IMG/VR virus record: IMGVR_UViG_3300028883_000005
Location: 1 to 64,000 of that record
Origin: a virus
Strand: one strand, 5' to 3'
Length of the DNA stretch: 64,000 nt
This document shows positions 34,290 through 42,949 of the stretch, piece after piece. The translations under genes and the position numbers were made by a program. A model generated the notes under the pieces. The model was not told where the DNA came from and searched no databases. It saw nothing but the letters and a program-made list of their open reading frames with translations. Positions within the stretch are counted from its first letter, which is position 1, and each line of letters starts with the position of its first letter.

Positions 34290-34857
34290 GAAAGATCAGG
34301 ATGGGTACACACTTCTAGCTCATGAAGTTCACTCTATTATAGAGCTTTCAGGCATTATAGACATAGATGGTAAAATGGTGGACAAATTTCAACTCTATGC
34401 CAGGCCTAAAGAGGGCGATCCTGTAAGCGCAGAAGCTTTGAATAAAAATGGAAGAACCAAAGAAGAAATAGCCTCTTTCCCTCCGCAGGTCGAGATGTAC
34501 AAAAGATTTATTGAGATTTTAGGGAAATGGGTAGACCCTATGGATAAAGAAGATAAATTATGGTTTGTAGCATTCGGGCCCGGAAGGGGGGCAGGGTTTG
34601 ATAACGAATTCTTAAGGAGTCTATTTGCCGATCAGGGAGATGTGTATTTCGGATCTTGGTTTTGGGTTCCTTATATTGATATTATGCAACTGGCAGGCAT
34701 TGTTTTGATGGAAAGTGGAGGAAGAGAGCTCATGCCTAATATGAAATTAGCATCTTTGGCTTATCAATTAGGCATACAAACCAAAGAGGAAAACTTTCAC
34801 GACGGCCTGTATGATAGTAGAATTATGAGGATGATTTATTATAAATTGATGAGCTAA
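34240..34857 (+). CDS. DEDDh 3'-5' exonuclease (DnaQ-like)
   Basis: FTDTETTG, GFDNEFL, FHDGLYD. Confidence 0.85.
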   Translation: MPKKILFTDTETTGVDEKDQDGYTLLAHEVHSIIELSGIIDIDGKMVDKFQLYARPKEGDPVSAEALNKNGRTKEEIASFPPQVEMYKRFIEILGKWVDPMDKEDKLWFVAFGPGRGAGFDNEFLRSLFADQGDVYFGSWFWVPYIDIMQLAGIVLMESGGRELMPNMKLASLAYQLGIQTKEENFHDGLYDSRIMRMIYYKLMS

Positions 34858-34870
34858 ACAAGTATTAAAT

Positions 34871-34905
34871 TTTATCGTTTATTTCCATTAATTTTGTGTT
34901 ATATT
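34871..34905 (+). promoter_or_regulatory. TTTATC-type promoter
   Basis: TTTATC-GTTTAT-N17-TATATT with TGn. Confidence 0.6.
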
Positions 34906-34939
34906 CCTATTAAAATGAAACACTTACAGGAGCAGCTAA

Positions 34940-35887
34940 ATGGACCTTGCAGAGAAATATCGACCTAAGACCTTAGACGAAGTGGTAAACCAGGATCCTG
35001 TGGTTAACAGTTTAAAATCTGTATTAGCAAGGCCTTTGGATAAAATACCACATGCCTTCCTTTTTTGCGGCCATCATGGATGTGGTAAAACTACTATAGC
35101 TTATATTGTGAAAGACATGATGGGGTGCGGTGATATGAATTTTGAGTATTACAACACCTCAAACACGAGAGGTATAGATACTATTAGAGATTTGGACAAA
35201 ACATGCAGATTCAAGCCTCTCGTAGCTGAAGGAGAGAAAGTTATAAAGTTTTACATTTTAGATGAGTGTCACGAGCTCACCAAAAATGCACAAAACGCCC
35301 TGTTGGCTCTATTAGAGAAGCCTCCGGCTCATGTTTACTTTGCTCTATGTACAACCGATCCTGGACAGTTGTTAGATACAATACGATCCAGATGTCATAC
35401 CTACACACTTCAATCTTTCAACAGAGTTCGTCTTGTGTATCTCCTCAAAACAATCTGCAATAAGGAAGGAATCGACTACCCAAAAGACATCTACAGAAGA
35501 ATAGCAGATTCCAGTGAGTACTCTGCTAGAAACGCTTTGAAAATCCTAGATGCTGTGATAGACATCGAAGATGTAGAGGCAGTTCGAGACTCTATCCAAA
35601 CCGCAGCAGTGGAGCATAAAGAGGTGATTGATATTTGTAGGATAATGCTCGAAAGTCAATATACTTCCTGGTCGGACCTTTGCTCCCTTCTTCGCAGTAT
35701 AGATGCAAAACCAGAAAAGATTAGGTTAAGCATTCTAGGATATTTAGGATCCGTAGCTATGAACTCAAAATCCTACCCAGGAAAGCTCATTTCTATGTGT
35801 TCCCTTTTCTCTGAAAGTGTAATGTACAGCGGGCTGGGCGGTTTAATATCTTTAATAGGGTTGGCATTTAATATAAAGGACGAATAA
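34940..35887 (+). CDS. Clamp loader AAA+ subunit (DnaX/RFC-like)
   Basis: LAEKYRPKTLDEV, GHHGCGKTT, ILDECH, TIRSRC. Confidence 0.9.
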   Translation: MDLAEKYRPKTLDEVVNQDPVVNSLKSVLARPLDKIPHAFLFCGHHGCGKTTIAYIVKDMMGCGDMNFEYYNTSNTRGIDTIRDLDKTCRFKPLVAEGEKVIKFYILDECHELTKNAQNALLALLEKPPAHVYFALCTTDPGQLLDTIRSRCHTYTLQSFNRVRLVYLLKTICNKEGIDYPKDIYRRIADSSEYSARNALKILDAVIDIEDVEAVRDSIQTAAVEHKEVIDICRIMLESQYTSWSDLCSLLRSIDAKPEKIRLSILGYLGSVAMNSKSYPGKLISMCSLFSESVMYSGLGGLISLIGLAFNIKDE

Positions 35888-36414
35888 TGAAAGTTTATGA
35901 AGATTATGATGAGAGTAAAAATCGAGATCTGGTTCGTGTAGATCTAGATAATTTGGATATAGAACTTAGAAACCATAGTTTGGTCACTTATGATTATGGT
36001 GTGTACCTAGCATATGCCAACAAAAATTACTCTGTAGCTAAAGCAAAAGCAGAGAGGAGAAGAAAGGAGTTATCTTCTGAGGTTAGGGCCGATCCTTCAG
36101 AGTATGGGTTGTCTCCGCCAAATTTGAAGGATGCAATAGATGAATGGGTTTCTTCAAACAAAGAAGTGATAGAATTGGAAGACGATGTTATCGAGAAAAA
36201 ACTTATTGTAGATAAGCTCGTTTCGGCTTGCAATTCTCTGCAAACAAAAAGCAATGACATTGGCAGGGGGCTGAAGCTCCTGCTGAGAAATTACTACATG
36301 GACAACCCCGTTCCAGACGATGTCAAGAAGCGATTTGAAAGTATGGATTACGAGGAAGTCTATGAGAATTTAGCTAAAATTATGGAGAAAAGGAGGAAAA
36401 CAAATGAAGTTTAA
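35887..36414 (+). CDS. Helical protein, possibly UvsY-like recombination mediator
   Basis: Coiled-coil pattern; position just before SSB and RecA. Confidence 0.5.
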   Translation: MKVYEDYDESKNRDLVRVDLDNLDIELRNHSLVTYDYGVYLAYANKNYSVAKAKAERRRKELSSEVRADPSEYGLSPPNLKDAIDEWVSSNKEVIELEDDVIEKKLIVDKLVSACNSLQTKSNDIGRGLKLLLRNYYMDNPVPDDVKKRFESMDYEEVYENLAKIMEKRRKTNEV

Positions 36415-37588
36415 TCGGGAAGACCTGGTAAACCAGCTTAGAGAGAGAGCTCAGGAAAGCTACAAAAGCAAAGATGAAGGAGGTAAATACGGAAAGTATT
36501 ACCGATCCCCACCACTACCTGAATGGAAATGCTCTGAAGGTGAGCATGTGATTGACATCCTTCCTTTCTTTGCAGGTGAGAACTACCCCACCAAAAGCCA
36601 TGCAAGTCAAGGAAAACCGGTGGACCCAGGTAAAATTCTTTACTGGCTGGATGTATGGATTCATTCAAAGATCGGCGTAAACGAAGATAACGTGGTTTGC
36701 CCTTCTATGAGCTACGGCAAGCGGTGTCCCATCTGTGAAGATGTGGCGGCGGAAAGCAAAAAGCCTGCGAATCTCAAGGACGAAGCTTTCATAAAAGACA
36801 CCAAGGCAAAGCGCCGGTCTATGTATCTGATCGTTTGCAGGGATAGCGAATCCGAAGAGAACAAGGGCGTGCAGGTCTTCGAGGTAGCTCATTTCTATTT
36901 GGAAAAGCACATCTCTGCCCTGGCGAAGAAGCCCTTCGGTGGTGGATTTCGTTTGTTTTCGAATCCTTACAACGGCCAATCTGTTTACTTTTCCAAAAGT
37001 GGAACAGGGATGGGGCAGGAATGGTCCGGGTTTCAATTTCTTGATCGCGATTATGCCATCTCGGAAGAGCATCTGGATGTTGCGGCAGCTACTCCTCTGG
37101 CAGACTTCCTGATCCTTTTGGGTTACGAAGAGCTTTGGGAGAAATATTACGGAAAGCCCTTCGATGGAAGTTCTGCTAAGAGCCCCTCTGACTCTTCAAA
37201 TCCTGACTACCAGCCCAAAACTAGGGCTCCCAAAGAGGATCCACCTGAGGAGGCTAAAGAGGCTACGACTAGACCAACTAGGGCTCCGAAAGAGGAACCT
37301 GCTAAAGAGGATCCGCCCTCTAGAACTACCAGAGCCCCGAAAGAAGATCCACCCTCTAGAGCCACCAGAGCTCCGAAAGAGGAACCCCCCGAAGAGGAAC
37401 AACCTGTTCGGAGAACACGGAGACCCCTTCAAGAGGAACCTGCTGAAAAAGAACAGGAGTCTTCAGCCAAATGCCCTGGTGGTGGAGTATTTGGCAGAGA
37501 CATTGACAAGCTCTCAGGATGCGGACCTTGTGAACTATGGGACGATTGCGCCATAGAAGCACAACGGCTAGAGCAAGAAGGTAAATAA
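36404..37588 (+). CDS. Single-stranded DNA-binding protein (gp32-like)
   Basis: IDILPF, H...CP..YGKRCPICE zinc motif, KGVQVFE; long Pro/Glu linker. Confidence 0.75.
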   Translation: MKFNREDLVNQLRERAQESYKSKDEGGKYGKYYRSPPLPEWKCSEGEHVIDILPFFAGENYPTKSHASQGKPVDPGKILYWLDVWIHSKIGVNEDNVVCPSMSYGKRCPICEDVAAESKKPANLKDEAFIKDTKAKRRSMYLIVCRDSESEENKGVQVFEVAHFYLEKHISALAKKPFGGGFRLFSNPYNGQSVYFSKSGTGMGQEWSGFQFLDRDYAISEEHLDVAAATPLADFLILLGYEELWEKYYGKPFDGSSAKSPSDSSNPDYQPKTRAPKEDPPEEAKEATTRPTRAPKEEPAKEDPPSRTTRAPKEDPPSRATRAPKEEPPEEEQPVRRTRRPLQEEPAEKEQESSAKCPGGGVFGRDIDKLSGCGPCELWDDCAIEAQRLEQEGK

Positions 37589-37592
37589 CTTT

Positions 37593-37657
37593 CTTGGGCC
37601 CCCTGCCTGAATAGGCGGCGGTAAGCGTGGGGCTGAATCGCTACAAGGGGGCCCAAG
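37593..37657 (+). other. GC-rich three-way-junction RNA structure between ssb and recA
   Basis: CTTGGGCCCCCT/AGGGGGCCCAAG closing stem enclosing GCCT-GAAT-AGGC and GGCGGT/ATCGCT helices. Confidence 0.55.
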
Positions 37658-37673
37658 TAGTTTAGGAGGAGTC

Positions 37674-38783
37674 ATGGAAGAACCTGTAAGAAGAGCAAGA
37701 AGACCTGCTACAGAGCCCTCTGAAGAAGAAATTAAAAAAGCTTCAGATGCTGTGGAGGAAGAGTACGAAGAGGAACCACCTCAACCCTTTTGCTTTAAAG
37801 ATACAGATGTTGTTTTAAGCACAGGCAGCACCCTCCTCAACTTGGCAGCTTTCGGAGATAGAACTAGGGGCGGCGGTCTCCCTGGTGGTATTATGGTTGA
37901 AATCTATAGCCAATCAGGACTAGGCAAAACTGCCTTAGCTTCTGAAATTTGTGGGTGTGCCCAAAGAGATGGAGGCGATATCCGATTTGTAGATCCTGAA
38001 GGGAGGCTGGATAGAGCTTATGCTCAAATATATGGAGTGAGTATTCCTAAAGATAAATATGCTCGCCTTCATTTAGTTTCGGATATCATCGAAGATTTTA
38101 TGGCTTGGGACCCGCCCAATAAAAACGCCATAAATGTGTATGTCACTGATTCTTTGGCAGCCCTCTCCACAAATCTAGAGATGGATAAAGAAGATAAAAT
38201 GGGCATGAGGAGAGCTAAGGAGCTCAGCACTCTATTCCGCAAAGGATCTATTCAAATTGCCGAGGGCCACAAGCTGATGATTTGTACTAACCAGCTTAGA
38301 GAAGGGGACAAAGGTACTTTCACTCCTGGCGGCAAAGCAGTAGGATACTGGGCCTCTATAAGGATAGAATTGACTAGGATAACCCAGTATACTAAAGGCA
38401 TAGTGAACAAAGATCACGAAATTATGGAGTCTATTACTGTAGGCAGCAAAAACCGATCTGTAGAGCAGGTTATTGGTATCCGAAGTATGGCGAAGATCAC
38501 TAAGAACTCTTGTGATTCCCCTTTCAGAACCGCACCTGTAGCTCTCGTGTTTAACTATGGCATAGACGATATCCGTGAAAATCTCCAATATGTAAAAGAT
38601 ATGACTGGAAACACATCCTTCCTCTGCCCAGATGGAAAATCCTATGTGAGCCTAAAAGATGCTATCAGATATGTGGAGCAAAATCAGTTAGAGGAAGAGC
38701 TCCAAGAAGAGGTAATAGATATTTGGGAAGGAATCAGTAAGGCTTTCAAAGAAAAGACCCCTCGGGAACCTAAAAGAAGATGA
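37674..38783 (+). CDS. recA: RecA/UvsX-like recombinase
   Basis: STGS..LN.A..GGLPGG, SGLGKT, DPE, DSLAAL, TNQLR, TPGGKA. Confidence 0.92.
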   Translation: MEEPVRRARRPATEPSEEEIKKASDAVEEEYEEEPPQPFCFKDTDVVLSTGSTLLNLAAFGDRTRGGGLPGGIMVEIYSQSGLGKTALASEICGCAQRDGGDIRFVDPEGRLDRAYAQIYGVSIPKDKYARLHLVSDIIEDFMAWDPPNKNAINVYVTDSLAALSTNLEMDKEDKMGMRRAKELSTLFRKGSIQIAEGHKLMICTNQLREGDKGTFTPGGKAVGYWASIRIELTRITQYTKGIVNKDHEIMESITVGSKNRSVEQVIGIRSMAKITKNSCDSPFRTAPVALVFNYGIDDIRENLQYVKDMTGNTSFLCPDGKSYVSLKDAIRYVEQNQLEEELQEEVIDIWEGISKAFKEKTPREPKRR

Positions 38784-39631
38784 TTGAAGACCCTATCATA
38801 ATTATAGATAGCCATGCTGTAGGACATGCAGCCAAACACTCCTACGGGGGCCTTTCATATGGAGGGGAGCCCGTAGGAGTTATTTATGGATTTTTAACCA
38901 AGATGCTGTCCTTAGCTCAAAAATTCGATACCAGAAAATTTGTATTTACTTTTGATAGCGGAAAAAGTTACCGCAGAGACATTTATTCTGGCTATAAAAT
39001 TAAGGACATAGAATATTCTGAAGAAGAAATAGAGAATAACAGAATAGCCAGATACCAATTGGGATTACTAAGAACCCAAGTACTGCCGGAATTGGGGTTC
39101 TCTAATATATACATACAAACAGGGCTGGAAGCAGACGATATCATTGCTTCCTGTGTCATACATAATAAAGGAACAAAAATTATTCTTTCGGATGATAGAG
39201 ATTTATATCAGCTTCTCGGCTACTGTGATATGTTCAAACTCAAAAAGAAAAAGTTGTACACTAAACAGAATTTAAAAGATAGATGGGGATGCACTCCTGA
39301 AGAATGGAAAGAGATGAAAATCTACGCAGGGTGTAAAGGAGATAAAGTTCCTAATATCCCTGGTGTTGCTGAAAAAACAGCCTTAAAATATTTACAAGGA
39401 AGAGCTTCTGTTAAGGTAGAAACAAAAATCAACTTGTTTCTCAGAGAAAACCCTGACTTCATAGATAGGAACAAAAGCCTAACTTGGTTACCATTTGAAG
39501 ATACACAAAAAATTAAATTCAAGGAATTTAATAAACTGCAATATATGGATATTTATAGGGTGTGCAATAGATACGGATTCAACTCTTTGATAAATAAAAA
39601 CTATAACAGAACTTGGGAAAGGTTTTGTTGA
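38780..39631 (+). CDS. 5'-3' exonuclease / flap endonuclease (T4 RNase H-like)
   Basis: IIDS, FTFDS..SYR..IY..YK, EADD, SDDRDLYQL, GDKVPNIPGVAEKTA. Confidence 0.9.
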   Translation: MIEDPIIIIDSHAVGHAAKHSYGGLSYGGEPVGVIYGFLTKMLSLAQKFDTRKFVFTFDSGKSYRRDIYSGYKIKDIEYSEEEIENNRIARYQLGLLRTQVLPELGFSNIYIQTGLEADDIIASCVIHNKGTKIILSDDRDLYQLLGYCDMFKLKKKKLYTKQNLKDRWGCTPEEWKEMKIYAGCKGDKVPNIPGVAEKTALKYLQGRASVKVETKINLFLRENPDFIDRNKSLTWLPFEDTQKIKFKEFNKLQYMDIYRVCNRYGFNSLINKNYNRTWERFC

Positions 39632-39632
39632 T

Positions 39633-40202
39633 ATGGCAAAGAAAAAAGCTAAAGGTGGTATCAAAAAAGGAGCCCCTTACGAAAACGAAATGGCTAAAGA
39701 GCTAAGCTGGTGGTTCTCCTGGGGAGAAAGATCCGACTTGATAAGAAGGACAAAAGCTTCAGGTGGGTGGGCTACAGAAAGAGACAAAGTAGACCTGCCG
39801 GCGGCTTATCAACATGGTGATCTTTCCCCTACCCATCCTAGTATTTACCCTTTTTTCGATTTGTTTCTCGTGGAGGTTAAGAGGGGATATACGGGAATGG
39901 ACATCCTAAACATAGTAGACCAGCCTCCTGGTTTTAAAGAAGTGTGTCCTCTTATGGATTGGTGGGAAAAAGCGGAAAAGGAGAAGGAAATTAGTAAAAG
40001 GTTGCAAACTATGATCCTTTTCAAGAGGGATCGAAGGAAAAAAATGGTAGCTATTTCATCCTCTCTTAAAAACGCTCTTAAGATATATGATCGCGAAGGT
40101 ATTTTAATCAAAAACAAGATATTTATAATGGATATGGCAGAGTTTTTCTGCCATATAGATCCTGAAGATGTGAGTAATTTGATATCCTTTTTCAGAGGAT
40201 AG
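39633..40202 (+). CDS. Holliday junction resolvase (PD-(D/E)XK)
   Basis: KGAPYENE...R...SGG...GDL...VEVKR. Confidence 0.8.
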   Translation: MAKKKAKGGIKKGAPYENEMAKELSWWFSWGERSDLIRRTKASGGWATERDKVDLPAAYQHGDLSPTHPSIYPFFDLFLVEVKRGYTGMDILNIVDQPPGFKEVCPLMDWWEKAEKEKEISKRLQTMILFKRDRRKKMVAISSSLKNALKIYDREGILIKNKIFIMDMAEFFCHIDPEDVSNLISFFRG

Positions 40203-40237
40203 GTTCAAATGCAGATTATACTTTATAATTCGTAAAT

Positions 40238-40272
40238 AATATCTTGCTGCCTTCATAAATAGCTGTTATATT
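40238..40272 (+). promoter_or_regulatory. TATC-type promoter
   Basis: AATATC-TTGCTG-N17-TATATT with TGn. Confidence 0.65.
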
Positions 40273-40302
40273 TAGACATAAACAATAAATGAGGAGAACG
40301 TT

Positions 40303-40635
40303 ATGAGTTCCGATACAATACATCTGAAAGACTTTTTAGAGGGAGAAGGCAGATTCTCGTCATATAACATTGTGATGGAGAAGCTATCCGAAGCTTTTAA
40401 CCAAAGCGAAGAGGACCTAGATTATGCTCTCAAAGTTGCAGGTAACTTCGATACCTTAATCATGTTTTGCTCTGCTTCAAGAGATATGAAAATGAATGTG
40501 AGAGAGGTAGCAGATTTATCACTTAATACTACAATCCCTCAAATGTATCTGAGAGAGATACGACCAAAAGGAAGGGAAGAAGATGAGAAGCCTAGCGCCA
40601 GTGTTGTCAATTTTAGAAGAGATAGGAAGTGTTAG
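40303..40635 (+). CDS. Hypothetical protein
   Basis: GAGGAG RBS after a promoter. Confidence 0.65.
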   Translation: MSSDTIHLKDFLEGEGRFSSYNIVMEKLSEAFNQSEEDLDYALKVAGNFDTLIMFCSASRDMKMNVREVADLSLNTTIPQMYLREIRPKGREEDEKPSASVVNFRRDRKC

Positions 40636-41914
40636 AAGCCGAAAAGAGAAAGAAAGAATTCTCCAAGAAGGTCTAGAATCCGAATGCGGAGAGTACCTAA
40701 GAAAAACAATTCTTTATGCTCTAGATGCTTACCGACAGTTCAACGTAACCAAGTTAGATAGCACAATAGTAAATACAGGCATCTCCGGATACCCATCTGT
40801 AGATGAAATATTTTTACAATTAGATCTACTGGCTTCTAAAAAAGGAGCAAGCCAAGCTGAAAAAGACGAGTTAAACTTCCTGTGTGGAACAGATAAAGAA
40901 ACCTTGGAGGTAACAAAAAGAATCATTAACAAAGACCTCCGCTGTGGATTGGGTGTTAAAACCGCAGAGAAGTTTGTTGAAGGCGTTAAAGACTACGGTG
41001 TAATGAAGCCCAAAACAGAGAAGAAAAGCCTTCTAAAGGACTTTGATAAGTTTTTGGCGCTAGCTGGAGGATATCATAATATTTGCTGGTCAGACAAAGT
41101 GGATGGTGTTAGAGTTTGTGACTGCACCGTTCATGAAGATGGATTAGTAGAATACACTTCTACTAATGGTAAACCCTACCGAAACTTTCATTGTTTCAAC
41201 CCTGAAGTTATTGATATAGCTAAAACTATACATTTAGAACACGGTGTGCCCTATCCAATAGGATTTGATGGTGAAGTTATCGACTACACCGGAAATTTCC
41301 AAAAAGTTGTAACCCAAACACAAAGAGATTACGATGTAAATACCTCTAACCTTAGGCTTCTTATTTGGTCAGTCACCTGTCCTGGACCCTTCCAAAAGAG
41401 GTACCAAATGGTTAGAGAGAACTTACCATCTGTTCGCCAAATACTCCGCCAGCAGGACCTTATCGGTCCTAAAGCTAAAACCAATGTTTTCTGTCTGCAT
41501 CATTATTTTGAACATCATTTAAAAGAATGGAAAGATGTAGAGCTTCTCGCACGGAGAATGATAAATACAGGCGAGGAGGGTGTTGTATTAAAGGTTTCTG
41601 ATCATGAACACGAGAGAAAAAGGAGCCGCCTCTGGTTTCGTTTGAAAGCTCTTTACCTTGAAGGTGAGGGTGTAGAGGTAGATCTTAAAGTATTGAGAGC
41701 AGAAAAAGGTACTGGTAAGTTCTCTGAAATGCTAGGAGCCCTAATTTGCGATTATAACGGTGAGGAAGTCAGAGTAGGCGGGGGATTTAAAGAGTCACAA
41801 AGGAAAGAATTTATAGACAATCCTCCTAAATGGATAACTGTAAATGCAGACAGTGAGACAGATGAGAAGTCTCTACGGTTTCCTCAATTTGTTAGAGCTA
41901 GGGAGGAGAAATGA
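40583..41914 (+). CDS. ATP-dependent DNA ligase
   Basis: KVDGVR (KxDG), FDGEV, EGVVLK, R...W..LK, SLRFPQF. Confidence 0.93.
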   Translation: MRSLAPVLSILEEIGSVRSRKEKERILQEGLESECGEYLRKTILYALDAYRQFNVTKLDSTIVNTGISGYPSVDEIFLQLDLLASKKGASQAEKDELNFLCGTDKETLEVTKRIINKDLRCGLGVKTAEKFVEGVKDYGVMKPKTEKKSLLKDFDKFLALAGGYHNICWSDKVDGVRVCDCTVHEDGLVEYTSTNGKPYRNFHCFNPEVIDIAKTIHLEHGVPYPIGFDGEVIDYTGNFQKVVTQTQRDYDVNTSNLRLLIWSVTCPGPFQKRYQMVRENLPSVRQILRQQDLIGPKAKTNVFCLHHYFEHHLKEWKDVELLARRMINTGEEGVVLKVSDHEHERKRSRLWFRLKALYLEGEGVEVDLKVLRAEKGTGKFSEMLGALICDYNGEEVRVGGGFKESQRKEFIDNPPKWITVNADSETDEKSLRFPQFVRAREEK

Positions 41915-42165
41915 GACCAGGACAATATAGAAAAGAGGGAAGAAAAGCTTATCGAGATGGCATTCCTATTGAAGATTGCCCTTTTAAACACGGAATAGAA
42001 GATTGGAGAGAGGGCTGGAGGGATGCAGCGATAGAAGAAGAGAGGCTGCACCTCGCCAGAGAAAAAGAAACCTCACCTCCTTATTACACGCTCCTGTATG
42101 AGGTAGGCACTGTAGGAGAGCTCTATGAGTTGCTGGAGCAAATAAAAAGGAATCAAGGTGATTAA
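41911..42165 (+). CDS. Rmf-like small protein
   Basis: EGRKAYRDG....CPF....WREGWRDA resembles the ribosome modulation factor motif. Confidence 0.55.
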   Translation: MRPGQYRKEGRKAYRDGIPIEDCPFKHGIEDWREGWRDAAIEEERLHLAREKETSPPYYTLLYEVGTVGELYELLEQIKRNQGD

Positions 42166-42361
42166 ATATAATCAAGCCATGCACTACTTGAGACAAAATG
42201 GATTTCAAGTAGGTGAGGACGCTGAGGAGGGCATACCTGGTGCTCAGGAAGTTATGGATGCCTACTCTTTTCATTACTCCTCACCTGGTGATCCTGGAGG
42301 ACAGATGCTTCTATGCGTGAAATTAGAGGAGTATCTAAAAACTAAAGAGGCTATAGCATGA
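42158..42361 (+). CDS. Hypothetical protein
   Basis: Packed ORF with overlaps. Confidence 0.55.
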   Translation: MIKYNQAMHYLRQNGFQVGEDAEEGIPGAQEVMDAYSFHYSSPGDPGGQMLLCVKLEEYLKTKEAIA

Positions 42362-42696
42362 ATCGTTCTCTAGCACTTAAGAATAAAGAACCGGCTGGTG
42401 GTTGTAAAGGTATAATTGCCCGTGCCTCTGCTTCCGAGGGTTTCACAAAGTACAATGATGGTTCAAGGGCTTTCTTCCTCCGTAAGTCCTTACGAATCCT
42501 TAAAAAGAAGTCTTGCCCTGGATGCGAGAAATGCGGATGGTTCTATGACTGTGCTCCTGAAGTACATTTAGATGATTTTCCTATCGAAGGATTTGAAGAA
42601 ATTCAAAACGGGAAGCTGTATCGTATATGGGGAACTGGAGATGAGGACGATTTCTATTTATGTGTGATGCCCTACTCTGAGGAGGACCAGAAATGA
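42358..42696 (+). CDS. Hypothetical protein with SCPGCEKC motif
   Basis: LKKKSCPGCEKCGW. Confidence 0.65.
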   Translation: MNRSLALKNKEPAGGCKGIIARASASEGFTKYNDGSRAFFLRKSLRILKKKSCPGCEKCGWFYDCAPEVHLDDFPIEGFEEIQNGKLYRIWGTGDEDDFYLCVMPYSEEDQK

Positions 42697-42869
42697 CTGA
42701 AGCTAAAAAAGTTGAGATAATTTATTATCACTTAAGATTGAGTGAAGAGGATGCACGGATTATGATGGGCCTAGTTCAGAACCCCATCATTCACAATGAA
42801 GACGAGAGGATTAAAAAGTTCAGAGAAAGAATTTGGACTACCTTAGAAAAGATAGGTTGCAAGCCTTAA
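42693..42869 (+). CDS. Small hypothetical protein (58 aa)
   Basis: GAGGAGG RBS, ATGA overlap; not in ORF track. Confidence 0.55.
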   Translation: MTEAKKVEIIYYHLRLSEEDARIMMGLVQNPIIHNEDERIKKFRERIWTTLEKIGCKP

Positions 42870-42949
42870 TAGAGCCCGTGTTTCTCGTGAAGAGTTTCTA
42901 TTAATGTGTAGCTAACTACAGAAGTATTTAAGAGAGCTAAAGGTTTGAA

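Noticed and set aside
37593-37657. tRNA or hammerhead ribozyme
   Set aside because: No cloverleaf or TTC T-loop, and no CUGAnGA/GAAA core.
42870-42915. Sixth copy of the dispersed 60-bp element
   Set aside because: Only TAGAGCCCGT matches; the GAATTCTGCAC core and the dyad are missing. At most a relic.
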